Shown piece by piece: positions 1-12,085 of a DNA stretch of 60,019 bases (the first letter of the stretch is position 1; each line of letters opens with the position of its first letter). The stretch spans positions 1 to 60,019 of the forward strand of contig JAADVB010000100.1 of NCBI GenBank assembly GCA_023334545.1, written 5' to 3'. This DNA is from Salisapilia sapeloensis CBS 127946 (Eukaryota > Protista > Oomycota). The position numbers and the translations under genes are program-made. The notes under the pieces are model-generated. The model saw nothing but the letters and a program-made list of their open reading frames with translations. It did no database searches and was not told the DNA's origin.

Positions 1-1475
1 GCGGGACACATCGACTCAAAATCGCACCCCAGGCGACCCAAGACTTGTGATCAAGTCGAATCCACGTTCAAATCTCCCGCCAAAGCCGCATCGAGCAGAA
101 AATCAAGGCAGGAGCGGCCATTTCGAGTAGAGAGATGTGAAGATGTCATCAGCGGAATGGATGCGCTCGGACAAATTTAATGTTGTGGCAGCGGAGAGAG
201 ACCGTGCGAGCAGTAGAATTTTGTACACGTGGTGTGAGTGAGAGTGAAGGTTAATACGTGTCGTGATTACAGAAGAGGCGACATATGAAATTTCGTGTTG
301 CCTAGAGTGACTTTTAGCTCAGGAATAACTGTAGTCCTTCCTGCAAGCTGCTTGAAGCAGTCACAAGGTGATTTACGAGCGGCCACACGACCAACCTACG
401 CGTGTTGTAAGGTCTGGTCGGCTCGGATGACTCAAGCATCAAAAGGTCGAACAGAGGTGACATTATCAGGCTAACGCATATGCGAATCTAGTCCGGATGT
501 AGAACCACAAATCCAATGAAAAATCTCTCGAAGGATATGTCATGTGAGTAAGATAATAAAAGCACAGAGAGATACTACATAGCCGTACGTCATATTTTTC
601 GCTCGGCGCATGCAGTAGCTTAAGTGATGCTCTCTATCCATCCTCCGCAGCGTAGATGACGCGGTAAAAATTCCGTAAGTGGCATGCTTCTAGACCATAA
701 TTTTCATGGGAGATACCTCGTGAAGTAGAGGATCTAATTCTGATCCTATGAATGGAAGCGTATAAGGTTCAGAACCCTACAGTCTCCATCTGGACGACTC
801 CTTATGATCGCCTCGAAACTGGTCGAAAACCCCTTCCTTTCGATTAATTTGTGTATCTTTTCGTTACCACTTAGTCTAGCTGCAAGTCCAAAATACGCTA
901 GTCTTCTGTGTATCCAAGCGACATATATCCAAATACAGCGAGCGTCACGCGTGTAGAAAAAACTCTCGAGTTAAAGACAAAGCATGTTGGTTTCGTAACG
1001 AAGCTTTATTCGCTTAACTTGTTTCAAAGCGATCTCATTAGGACATGGAGTTGCTGCTACGAGACACTCGCAAGATTGAATAGACGATAAAATGAAACTG
1101 TTCATTGCATTGCAATGCGAAGACATGAATGCGCGGTTCAAGCGTCGCGACTGGCACCACAAAGTGTCGATGTTTTGACGTCACGAGCTCATGAAGATTC
1201 TTCGTGGGTGGAGAGAGGAATAGGAAACCAGAAGTATTGAAGGAAAGGGGATAACGGCTCGTTTCACCGGAGCCATTGATCCTGCGCTGTTGAAGCTGGT
1301 ATCGATTAAAATCCACTGAAGCGTAAGATGCTGTTCTGTAATAGAGCCGGTGGTCTTGACGCTTTCGAAGCGTAGCACGCGCCATGTGCCGCATATCGAT
1401 CGTACGTCGAATCCCTTATGGCTTTTTAGAGGGCGCTATAGGAAATGTATTGCGTCTGGCCTGAAAGCTAGGCAG

Positions 1476-1535
1476 TCGTACGGCTACCCCCCAGATTCGT
1501 ACGGCTATCTCCACCGACACTAGCTCGTACGGCTA
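1476..1535. repeat. Three exact copies of the 11-mer TCGTACGGCTA upstream of the ATPase gene
   Basis: Copies at 1476, 1497 and 1525, with unique spacers between them. Confidence 0.85.
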
Positions 1536-2066
1536 CGACACCTTACGTCAGGAAGAGTCCTTTCCTCCCTGCATTAGTCTCCTGCTAGCACCGATCGTGT
1601 AGACAAAAGCTAGAGGTAGCAGACAAATGCGCATGCCCAGGTTTCCGCGACCGATATATCACAAGTGCATGCGAAAGTCGAGGACGAACGTGGTGACATC
1701 TCGCACATAGCCCGCACTTCCGGCCAGCATTTTTCAAACCAACGGCTAGACAACCGGTCAGCTGTGGACCTGAAACCCTCGCAGCTTTTCGAGGACGTCA
1801 CGGGAGTGGCTAAAAATAGCTCAATACCAAGATTTTACTGGATGTCGCATCCAGCTGTAGAAGCTTTCTGCGAACCCTGGCTGGCCAGGCGATTTCAAAA
1901 AGTTTGGGAGCTTCAAAGAGCATTTTTTCCTCTCGTTTCCTCATTCCGCAATTTGCCTCGTCGACCTCAAGCGCCTTCGAGAGCAACTCGACACATCCCC
2001 CCTTCCCAACCGGATTGACACCTCTTTGAAACACATATATACACAACTAGAGGACCAAGAAAGCAC

Positions 2067-5000
2067 ATGAGTCAATCCCCGCGCTCAAATTCCGCGTACG
2101 TCAACATGGACGACAAGGACCCGCGTGGTTCGTTCCATAACGCGGACAAAAACCACCAAAATGGGTACGCCCCAGTCAACGAACAAGAAGACCGCCGCTC
2201 GCGCCACTTAAGTGAAGCCGAGCGCCGTCTCTCGCAGAATCCCGAGGCGACGCGTGAGTCGTTCCGAAGTGTTGAATCGACCGACAAGAACGAGTGGCAC
2301 TCCCAGTCGCTTGATGTTGTCAAGAACCGCCTTGGTACAAACAGCGATCGTGGTCTTGCGCAAATGCAAGCTGAACAACGCCTGACGGAATATGGTCCAA
2401 ACTCTCTTGAGGAGGATCCTCGGTCGCCCATCTGGATTATCTTTTTCCTCCAATTCTACAACTTGATTATTGGTATGCTATTTGCTGCCTCCATCATCTC
2501 GCTCGGATTCCAAGAGTGGGTCGAAGGTATTGCTATCCTCCTCATTGTCACGCTGAATGCGACGGTCGCCACGTACCAAGAGTACAGTGCCGGTAACGCA
2601 CTAGAAGCGCTTGCTAGCCTTTCCAGCCCGCAATGTGCAGTCATTCGTGACGGCGAAGAAGTCGTCATTGAGAGCAAGAACATCGTCCCGGGTGATGTCA
2701 TCGTACTTCACACGGGTGATGTTGTCCCAGCTGACATCCGTCTCATCGATAGCGTTGACCTTAAAGTGAATGAGATGCTTTTGACCGGTGAGTCGGAGGA
2801 CGTCGCCAAGCGCTGGAACGCCGATATGTCCGGTGCGAGCAACAAGCTTACTGCTGACAACATGGTGTTCTCTTCTACGACCTGTACGGCCGGTAACGCT
2901 CGCGGTATCGTCGTTGAGACTGGTATGTCTACTCGTGTTGGCTCCATTGCTATGCTCCTCAAGAGCAAAGATGAGGGCGGACAGAAGAACTGCTGGACCA
3001 AGTTCCTTGAAAAACATCAGCCTAAGCTGACGCCTCTTCAGCGCTCGCTGCACAAGCTCGGATTCGTTATGGGCGGTATTGCAGGAGGTGTCTGTATCAT
3101 TGTGTTCATCGTCGGATTCATTCGTGACACCCCGGATCTTTCCCACCCTGAGCGCCCCCTTTGGCTTTCGATGCTTATGGTTGCCGTGTCACTTGCCGTC
3201 AGTGCCGTGCCCGAAGGTTTGCCGATGGTTGTCACCATCTGTTTGTCCAGTGGTACTGCCGACATGGTCAAGCGTCATGTCCTTGTCCGTAAGCTGTCGT
3301 CTGTTGAAACGCTTGGTGCCGCATCTGTTATTTGCACGGACAAGACTGGTACGCTTACCGAGGGTAAGATGACTGCCGTGAAGATGTGGGGTGACTTTAA
3401 AGAGTACGACATCACCGGTAAGGGATTCACTCCGGAAGGTGACATCCTGCACAACGGGGAGAGTCAAATTGCTGAGTCTGCTAACAACGCTCAAGTCCGT
3501 GCAACTCTGCTATCGTGTGTTCTTTGCAGCAACACGATCATCCAGAAGGAAGAGGACGAAGATGGAAACATCAGTTGGGCGCCGCGTGGTAACACGTCAG
3601 AGGCCCCTCTTATCGTTGCTGCTGCCAAGGCTGGCATCTGGGAGAACAATGTCATCGGTGACTACAAGCGCGTGGCTGAAGTGCCCTTCTCCTCGGAGCG
3701 TAAGATGATGATTACGGTGAACCAAGTGCCGGACAATGCCATGTTCGATATCATGCAGTTTGACGCGAAGACCAAATACGTTGCCAACGTCAAGGGTGCC
3801 CCGAACTACATCCTTAAGAACTGTACGCGAATGATCCAGAAGGATGGTTCTATCGTCAGTCTGTCGGACCACCAGCGCCAGCAGGTCATGGAAGCCGTCG
3901 ACGCTCTCTCGTCCCAGGCCCTCCGTGTGCTAGCTGTTGCCGTTCAGCCCATGAGCCAACTACCTTTCGCTGAAGACTGTGATGATGTGGACGAGAAATT
4001 CGCTGCCCTCTCGCACCCACTCGTGTTCGCGGGTCTCATGGCTTCCATTGACCCTGCTCGTGACGGCGTCGCCGATGCCATTGAAACTGCCCGTACGGCC
4101 GGTATCCGCACTGTCATGATCACCGGTGACTACTTAAAGACTGCTGCCGCCATCGCGAAAAACATTAAATTGCTTGAAGTTGGTGCTGACGCCGAGTCGG
4201 AAGCCACCGACTGCTCGGAACTTCGTCCCAAGGGCGATGTCTACTTGGCTGATCCAGACCTTGACGAGATTACGTCTCGCACGCTAGTGTTCGCTCGTGC
4301 CAAGCCGGAGGATAAGATTGAAATCGTCAAGTCCCTTCAGCGTCAGGGTCTGATCTCTGCCATGACTGGTGACGGTGTCAACGATGCGCCTGCCCTCAAG
4401 GAGAGTGACATTGGTGTGGCCATGGGTCTCGCCGGTACGGAAGTCGCCAAAGGTGCGTCTGACATGGTCCTTACCGATGACAACTTTGTCAGCATCGTGT
4501 CTGCCGTCGAGAAGGGTCGTTGCATCTACGCAAACATTCAGAAGTTCGTCGTGTTCCTCCTGTCCACAAACATTGGTGAAATCTTGCTCATCTTCACCTC
4601 CGTCGCTGTCGGTACTCCACTCCCGTTGGAAGCTCTGCAGATTCTTATTCTAAACCTATTCTCCGATGGTATGCCTGCCGTCGCCTTGAGTCTCGAAGCC
4701 GGTGACCCGGACATTATGTTCGACCAGCCTCGCCCGAAGCAGCAGCACCTCATCCACGGTCGCTTGTGGTTCCTCGTGCTCGCCAACGCTGTCTTGATTG
4801 CCAGCGGTGCGTTAATGACGTACTTCGTCGGTCTCTACTGGAACTTCAACATGTTCTTTACACAGGACATTATTGAACAAGGTGGTGGCGTGACATATGT
4901 AAATGACGATCCACACTACAATAACGTCGCGTGCCAACGTTGGTATGGCATTAACACTGGTTGGAAGACTCTGGGTACGTGTAACGCCACGAACGCGGAC

Positions 5001-5534
5001 GGCTCTCGTATCTTTCCGGAGGGTGCTGAACAGTACGGAGTGTACGAAACGGAGGACTTTTACTGTGAACAACCGGGTGAAGATGAAGACGAATACTCAT
5101 GCACCGCAGAAGGCGTCGGCCGTGTGCAGACAATGACGTTCATCTGTATCACCATGACCGAGGTGTTGCGTGCGTACACAGTGCGAAGCTTCACGGAGCC
5201 CGTATGGCACGGCATGTTCTCGAACCGCTTGATGCAGTACGCTGCCGCCTTGTCAATCTGCCTCACCATCTTCGTGACGAACGTTCCGGTGGTCATGGAC
5301 AAAATCTTCGGCTTCCGATATATTGACTGGTGGCAATGGCTGTTGGCGATTGCTGGTGCGCTCAACTCGGTCTTCTGGGGTGAGGTGATTAAGCTCTACT
5401 TGCGCACGGCGGACAAGAACACCAACAAGCAGGCGCACATGGACCACCAGTTTGAAAGTGTTTTACTGGAAATCCGCAACCTCCGCCACCACCTCGAACG
5501 CATCGAGGCGAACCAGGCGGCCATCCAAAACTAG
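2067..5534 (+). CDS. Type II P-type cation ATPase, ATP4/ENA-like (probable Na+ efflux pump), single exon, 1155 aa
   Basis: TGES actuator motif, PEGLP in TM4, DKTGTLT phosphorylation site, KGAP, TGD, GDGVND. Ten-TM layout with a Cys-containing loop between TM7 and TM8. Confidence 0.93.
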   Translation: MSQSPRSNSAYVNMDDKDPRGSFHNADKNHQNGYAPVNEQEDRRSRHLSEAERRLSQNPEATRESFRSVESTDKNEWHSQSLDVVKNRLGTNSDRGLAQMQAEQRLTEYGPNSLEEDPRSPIWIIFFLQFYNLIIGMLFAASIISLGFQEWVEGIAILLIVTLNATVATYQEYSAGNALEALASLSSPQCAVIRDGEEVVIESKNIVPGDVIVLHTGDVVPADIRLIDSVDLKVNEMLLTGESEDVAKRWNADMSGASNKLTADNMVFSSTTCTAGNARGIVVETGMSTRVGSIAMLLKSKDEGGQKNCWTKFLEKHQPKLTPLQRSLHKLGFVMGGIAGGVCIIVFIVGFIRDTPDLSHPERPLWLSMLMVAVSLAVSAVPEGLPMVVTICLSSGTADMVKRHVLVRKLSSVETLGAASVICTDKTGTLTEGKMTAVKMWGDFKEYDITGKGFTPEGDILHNGESQIAESANNAQVRATLLSCVLCSNTIIQKEEDEDGNISWAPRGNTSEAPLIVAAAKAGIWENNVIGDYKRVAEVPFSSERKMMITVNQVPDNAMFDIMQFDAKTKYVANVKGAPNYILKNCTRMIQKDGSIVSLSDHQRQQVMEAVDALSSQALRVLAVAVQPMSQLPFAEDCDDVDEKFAALSHPLVFAGLMASIDPARDGVADAIETARTAGIRTVMITGDYLKTAAAIAKNIKLLEVGADAESEATDCSELRPKGDVYLADPDLDEITSRTLVFARAKPEDKIEIVKSLQRQGLISAMTGDGVNDAPALKESDIGVAMGLAGTEVAKGASDMVLTDDNFVSIVSAVEKGRCIYANIQKFVVFLLSTNIGEILLIFTSVAVGTPLPLEALQILILNLFSDGMPAVALSLEAGDPDIMFDQPRPKQQHLIHGRLWFLVLANAVLIASGALMTYFVGLYWNFNMFFTQDIIEQGGGVTYVNDDPHYNNVACQRWYGINTGWKTLGTCNATNADGSRIFPEGAEQYGVYETEDFYCEQPGEDEDEYSCTAEGVGRVQTMTFICITMTEVLRAYTVRSFTEPVWHGMFSNRLMQYAAALSICLTIFVTNVPVVMDKIFGFRYIDWWQWLLAIAGALNSVFWGEVIKLYLRTADKNTNKQAHMDHQFESVLLEIRNLRHHLERIEANQAAIQN

Positions 5535-6250
5535 GATGTGTTTGGACCAAGAATGAGTATATCATTTTCTTTGCATACCATAGTCGAGGGATGATTGCAG
5601 CAATGTCGGTAACGCTCTTTCCAAATAAATTACTTGCCTTTTCTATGCCAAACCGAGTTCAATCGTATCCTAAGCGTTTGGTTCTGTACCTGAAGAGTTT
5701 CACCTTAATATTTGCAAGTACTTACAAGATACGGCGGTTGAAACAACTAGTTGACAGACGTCTTCTGTAGCTGAAACTTGAACAAGTATATCTTTTGGAT
5801 TAGAATAAATCATTGGCCTGTTATTGCTATCTTGAAACTGGTACGAATGGTCGTGAGGATTTTTTTGTCTCGCTGTACTTGCCGAGAATACTGTATGGAT
5901 CAGCGCATCTTTAATACTTGAAAGCGCCATGGAGTCGGCACGTAGAGCATCCGAAAGCTATCGAGCAAAAGCTATGATATCCAAGAAAAAGTCAAGCGTT
6001 GATAGCTATCTACCCAACAGCGGGCAAAAGACAGGAATGCTGCGTGTTATGCTTATCCCACAGACGACAACGAAACCAATAAACGAAGCTCCTCTTACAA
6101 CACTACCTCTCGTCTTTTGTCCGTTGTCTTCGCACAACTTTCCATGATCTCTTTCGATTGAAGTTCCGTAAAGCCCACGTAATCTGCTGTTTCGAATACA
6201 AATCGCATCAGATCCTGATCCCGACATTAAGACAAGAAGAGAAGAAAAGA

Positions 6251-9200
6251 ATGCGTACCTTTCGTTTTGCCATCGACCGTGGCGGTACATTCACGGATGT
6301 CTACGCTGAAATGGATGTGCTCGATCAAGCAACTGGCAAGGTGACTGAAGTGAAGCCGAAAGTCATTAAACTCTTGTCGGAAGATCCGGCCAACTACCCG
6401 GATGCGCCTCGAGAAGGCATTCGACGTGTACTGGAGGATATGACGGGAGAAACTCATGGTCGTGACCAGCTCGTGGACACCTCTCGTATCCAGTCCATTC
6501 GTATGGGCACGACAGTCGCCACGAACGCTCTACTGGAACGACAGGGAGAGCCGACGGTGCTCGTGACCACGAAAGGCTTTAAGGATCTCCTCTATATTGG
6601 CAACCAATCTCGTCCCAAGATCTTTGATCTAGAGATCCAAATGCCAGACGTACGTGTTCCTACCATTGCTAGATGCTTCCATCCTGTCTACGCAGTAAGA
6701 AAAGATTATTAATATTTCTTTTATACATTCGTAGACGCTGTACGAGTCGGTCATCGAAGTCGAGGAGCGTGTCCGTCTTGTTCCGAATGAGCAGGATCGT
6801 CTGTCATCTGACGTCCAGGGCGTTAGTGGTGACTACATTCGAGTGCTCCAGCCTCCGGACGCTACCTGCATCCGACAGCAGCTAGAGCAAGTGTACAATC
6901 GAGGCATCCGGAGCGTCGCCATCGTCCTCCTCCACTCGTACACTTTTCGGGCGCATGAAGAGCAGCTAGCAGATATCGCGTCCGAGATTGGATTCACCCA
7001 AATCTCCCTCTCCTGCGACGTCATGCCGATGATCAAAGCCGTGCCTCGTGGCTACACGACGTGTGCTGACGCATACTTGACTCCTGTCATCCAAAAGTAC
7101 ATGGACTCGTTCTGTGCCGGCTTTGACGCCGGATTAGAACACGTCAGCGTCAGTTTTATGCAGAGTGACGGAGGTCTCGCACGCATGAACAATTTCCACG
7201 GCCATCGTGCTATTCTGTCGGGTCCAGCCGGTGGCGTCGTCGGGTACGCTCGCACCACTAAGCTCCCATCTACATCGTCTCCCGCCGTCATCGGCTTTGA
7301 CATGGGTGGCACGTCCACAGACGTCTCTCGCTTCGACGGAACGTTCGACCATGTCTTGGAAAGCGTGACGGCGAACGTGACGGTCCGAGCTCCTCAACTA
7401 GACATTCAGACGGTGGCAGCCGGTGGTGGCTCTCGTCTCTTTTACTTTAATAACATGTTCATGGTCGGTCCAGAGTCCGTGCGAGCGCATCCTGGACCCG
7501 TTTGTTACCGTAAAGGTGGCTTTCTCAGTGTCACGGACGCCAACTTAGTCACTGGTCGTATTCTTCCCGAGTTCTTTCCTAAAATCTTTGGTCCAAATGA
7601 AGATGAAGCGTTGGATGTTGATGGGAGTAAACGAGCTTTTCAGGAGCTGACAAATCAAATCAATCAAAATGGACAGCAGTACACGATGGAAGAAGTTGCA
7701 TCGGGCTTCCTCCAAGTCGCGAATGAAGCTATGTGCCGTCCTATTCGGAATCTGACGCAGATGAAGGGGTATGACGTCACGACGCATACTCTCGCGTGCT
7801 TTGGAGGTGCTGGACCACAGCATGCGTGTTCTATCGCCAAGGCTTTAGGCATGACGAGCGTCTATATCCACCGGTACAGTGGCATTCTATCCGCTTACGG
7901 TCTCAGTGTCGCCGATAGCGTCGTGGAGAAGCAGCTCCCGTCTTCCTATCAATACTGCGATGCATACAAGAGTAAGCTAGTAGAAGCGATTCAATCTCTC
8001 GGACAGGACGTCGTGCAAGAGCTAGAAGACGACGGCTTTAAACGATCGGATGTCCAGCTAGAATTCTTTTTCAATATGCGATACGAAGGAACGGACACTG
8101 CTGTCATGACACGCGGGTGTTCTGACCCGAATGGACTGCTTGCATTCGACTTTGAATCGAAATTCACCACTGCGTATAAGCGCGAGTTTGGCTTCGTCCT
8201 CTCTCGACCGATTCTAGTGGATGACTTGCGTGTGCGTGGCACTGTTTCTCCTCCTCTTTCCACTCCTTCCTCCACTCTCTCCACTAAGGAAGCTCCTGCT
8301 CCTCTCCATCACTCGCAAATATACTTCGCGGATGAAAAGAAGTGGATCCAGACACCTGTCTACCTCCATGAGACATTAATGGAGTCCACAGGAACTACAT
8401 TATCCGGTCCTGCAATTGTCATGCAAGGCACGGCGACTGTTGTGGTCGAGAGTGGATGGGATGTAGCGGTACTGGCGAGTGGCGACCTCCTCCTCACCCA
8501 TGAACACGACACGACACCGACTGCCACCGTTACGTCTGTCGATCAAGTACCTAAGGATCCGATCCAACTCGCCGTCTTCTCACATCGGTTCATGGGCCTC
8601 GCAGAGCAAATGGGACGCACCTTGGCTCGAACGTCCGTGTCGGTGAACATTAAAGAGCGTCTGGACTTTAGCTGTGCGCTCTTCGATGCCACAGGTGGAC
8701 TCGTCGCCAACGCGCCCCATGTCCCTGTCCACCTTGGTGCGATGCAACAAGCCGTTCGGTATCAACTAGAGCACTGGGGAGACGATATCGTCGATGGAGA
8801 TGTACTTGTCTCCAACCATCCGTTACTCGCTGGTGGATCTCACCTTCCGGACATTACGGTCATGACCCCAGTGTTTGGACGTAGCGGCAAGATCGATTTC
8901 TTCGTCGCTAGTCGTGGCCATCATGCAGATGTAGGTGGCATCTCGCCTGGTTCTATGCCACCGCTCTCCAAGACATTGTCGGAGGAAGGCGTCGCGATCG
9001 TCGCATATAAACTCGTGGACGGACGGACGAATGAGTTTCAGGAGGAAGGCATGACGCGTATCTTGAACCAAGAAGGCGTGGTGGATGACGCTGGGCAGCC
9101 TTGCATCGGCACTCGGAACCTCCGAGATGTGTTGTCGGACTTGAGAGCTCAGGTTGCAGCGAATCGGAGGGGCGTGACGTTGATGAATGAACTTGTGGAA

Positions 9201-10154
9201 GAGTACTCGCTACCTGTCGTACAAGCGTACATGACGTACATCCAAGAGGCAGCTGAGTCTGCCGTCCGCAATATGCTTCACACGTTCTCTCTCGAGCAAG
9301 GGTTGCCGGAAGTCGGGAGCGTCGAAGCGCATGACTTTATGGATGACGGCACGAAGATCCAGTTGCAGATCACCATCGACCGACGGAATGACTCGGCGGT
9401 CTTTGACTTCACCGGAACGGGGGAAGAGGTCTTTGGAAATGTTAATGCTCCACCGGCCGTGACATACTCTGCGATCATCTACTGTCTCCGGTGCTTACTC
9501 CCGGGAGAAGACTTGCCGTTGAATCAAGGCTGCCTTACTCCTGTGGACGTCATCTTCCCGGAAGGAAGTAGTCTGCTGAATCCAAGTGCCAAGGCTGCTG
9601 TCGTGGGTGGCAACGTCTTGACGAGCCAACGCGTGACGGACGTTATCCTCAAGGCATTTAAAGCAAGTGCCGGGTCCCAAGGGTGTATGAACAACCTGAC
9701 GTTTGGCAGTCGAAAGCTTGGTGGGTACTATGAGACTATTGCCGGTGGTGCCGGTGCCGGACCGACGTGGCATGGACGCAGTGGTATCCATACGCACATG
9801 ACGAATACAAGGATCACGGATCCAGAGATCCTGGAAAAGCGCTTCCCAGTCCTTTTGAGAGCTTTCCACCTGCGAGAGAACTCGGGTGGACAAGGACGAC
9901 ATAAAGGAGGCGAAGGCGTCGTGCGAGAGATTGAGTTTTTGGAACCCATGAGCGTAAGCATCTTGTCGGAACGACGTGCGTTTGAGCCTTATGGTCTCGA
10001 AGGAGGGGAGCCAGGTGCGAGAGGAAAGAATTTGCTGACAAGACAGGATGGACGGGTGGTGAATCTCGGAGGGAAAAATACCGTCCAAGTACAAGCGAAT
10101 GAAACGTTGCGTCTACTAACGCCTGGTGGAGGAGGCTTTGGGAAGAAGCAATAA
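6251..10154 (+). CDS. OPLAH: 5-oxoprolinase (ATP-hydrolysing, hydantoinase A+B fusion); exons 6251-6649 and 6735-10154
   Basis: N-terminal [74 protein letters not shown] intron 6650-6734 (85 nt) joins MPD|[12 protein letters not shown] in phase 0. Confidence 0.96.
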
Positions 10155-10169
10155 ACCTTTTTTTCTTTT

Positions 10170-11048
10170 CTACTTTTTCTTTTGCTTCCGACGCTCTGCT
10201 GCTTCCAGATACTCATTAATCTCATCATCGAAAGCCTGACGGAAACGTTCGTGACGCTCGGCCTTGTAGCTAGATGCCTGGTCCTGTTTTGTACGTTTCG
10301 ATTCCTTCTTAGCGTGATAGCAGTCCGTGGATCGATGGCCGAGACCACCGCAGTGACTGCAGATAAGAGGGAGCGTACAGTTGGGTGAGATGTGACCTGG
10401 CTCACCACAGTTGTGGCAGACTTTGTCTCGATCTCTGTCGCGGTTCAGGAGCTGTTCGTACATTCGACGCTTCGCATCTTGCGATCGAGGCGCACTGAGG
10501 AAGTGCTCGTAGTCGATCTCTTCTTCAGGTGAGAGGCGAAGCTCGTCCGCCACTCGCTTCGCGTCTTGGGCTCGCGGAGAACGACCTGGACGGGATGGGG
10601 TCGAACGCTTACCGAGACGAAGGACTGTTCGACTGAACCGGCTTTTATTAATTGCCTGCGCATCAGTCATGTGCTGACGAGAGCTTTTCATGGCGTTAGG
10701 AGTGTCCTCGTCTTCATAAATGTCATTGTCGTCCGCTTCCATCTCTTGCAAATCGTATTCTTGGTGTTCAGGTTCTTCCGCATCAATGGGTTCAGAGGTT
10801 TCCTGGGCACCTTTATGCACGTCAGTAGTCGAAAGATCACTTGGTGCATCGTTCGCGTCATGCTTGTCAAAGGAGTCGGAACTGAAGAAAGCCATTTGCA
10901 TCGATTGACGATACACTTTCGCGTCTACACCCTTCTGTCCAAGTACATGGATCCCATTCGATTTCTCCTGACTGATAAGTTGCTGCCGTGCTTTCCACAC
11001 GTGAGCAGCGTGCCGACCCACGCCGACGAACCGGATGCCTCGTAGCAT
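10170..11048 (-). CDS. Tandem CCHC zinc-knuckle protein with probable mitochondrial targeting peptide
   Basis: Two CX2CX4HX4C knuckles (CHNCGEPGHISPNC, CSHCGGLGHRSTDC). Arg-rich N-terminus MLRGIRFVGVGRHAAHVWKAR with no acidic residues. Confidence 0.82.
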   Translation of the reverse strand: MLRGIRFVGVGRHAAHVWKARQQLISQEKSNGIHVLGQKGVDAKVYRQSMQMAFFSSDSFDKHDANDAPSDLSTTDVHKGAQETSEPIDAEEPEHQEYDLQEMEADDNDIYEDEDTPNAMKSSRQHMTDAQAINKSRFSRTVLRLGKRSTPSRPGRSPRAQDAKRVADELRLSPEEEIDYEHFLSAPRSQDAKRRMYEQLLNRDRDRDKVCHNCGEPGHISPNCTLPLICSHCGGLGHRSTDCYHAKKESKRTKQDQASSYKAERHERFRQAFDDEINEYLEAAERRKQKKK

Positions 11049-11247
11049 TTTTAGTTTTCAATTCGCGTCCAGTGAGCACAGATGTGCCATGAATGTACCG
11101 TTTCAGACGAACAAACAAGCCAACCGCAAAAAGGTCCAAGGAAGAGCTACATCTGAGCGCTTTATCTGTGCCTTAAAGACCGCTTCTCTACTTCGTATTA
11201 CCATCTCCAAGACATCCCTATTGCCTCCGTTGAGTCCATAAAGCAAA

Positions 11248-12042
11248 ATGATCACATCTCTCCCCGCAGGCGTTGAAATTCGGGATATTTGGGAACACAA
11301 TTTAGAGGAGGCCATGGCGACAATTCGGCAAGTAGTACGTCGTACTTGCTACGTAGCGATGGATACAGAATACCCAGGTGTCGTCGCTCGACCTATTGGC
11401 TCCTTCTCCACTTCTACAGACTACCAGTACCAGACACTCCGCTGTAACGTCGATTTACTTCGTATCATCCAGCTCGGTGTCGCGTTTTTCAATGAAGACG
11501 GCTCTTACATGTCCGACTTGCCTGTCTGGCAATTCAATTTCAAATTCTCTCTGCAGGAAGACATGTACGCACAGGACAGTATAGAAATCCTCAAGCAAGC
11601 TGGTATCGATTTTGCCAAGCACGAGTCCATGGGAATTGAAGTTGCTCGATTCGGAGAGCTCCTCGTTCCCTCCGGCCTCGTCCTCATGGACAACATCAAG
11701 TGGATCTCTTTCCACGGATCCTCTGACTTTGGCTATCTGCTCAAAGTACTCACATGTGCTCCTCTCCCGGCCGAAGAAGACACGTTTTTCGACCTCTTGC
11801 ACACCTACTTTCCGTACACGTACGACCTCAAGCACGTCGCGATGGACTTTGACAAGATGGGTGGCCTCAGCCGCCTCGCAGAAGACCTGCAGGTCGAACG
11901 TGTCGGGACGATGCACCAAGCCGGCTCGGATGCTCTGCTGACGGCAGCCACGTACTTTAAGATGGTCGACACGTTCTTCGATGGGAAAGTTGAGAACACA
12001 GCCAAATACTCTGGGCATCTCTATGGCCTCGGTAGCAATTAA
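11248..12042 (+). CDS. CAF1: CCR4-NOT deadenylase subunit CAF1/POP2 (CNOT7/8 family, DEDD nuclease)
   Basis: VAMDTEYPGVVARP, YQTLRCNVDLLRIIQLG, WISFHGSSDFGYLLK, HQAGSDALLT. Confidence 0.96.
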   Translation: MITSLPAGVEIRDIWEHNLEEAMATIRQVVRRTCYVAMDTEYPGVVARPIGSFSTSTDYQYQTLRCNVDLLRIIQLGVAFFNEDGSYMSDLPVWQFNFKFSLQEDMYAQDSIEILKQAGIDFAKHESMGIEVARFGELLVPSGLVLMDNIKWISFHGSSDFGYLLKVLTCAPLPAEEDTFFDLLHTYFPYTYDLKHVAMDFDKMGGLSRLAEDLQVERVGTMHQAGSDALLTAATYFKMVDTFFDGKVENTAKYSGHLYGLGSN

Positions 12043-12085
12043 AACAATAAGTTTAATGGCGAAAATCTCGTTTCTCTTTCCCTCT

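Noticed and set aside
1476-1535. CRISPR-like mini-array
   Set aside because: Repeats are 11 bp with 10-17 bp spacers, far too short, in a eukaryotic context with no cas genes.
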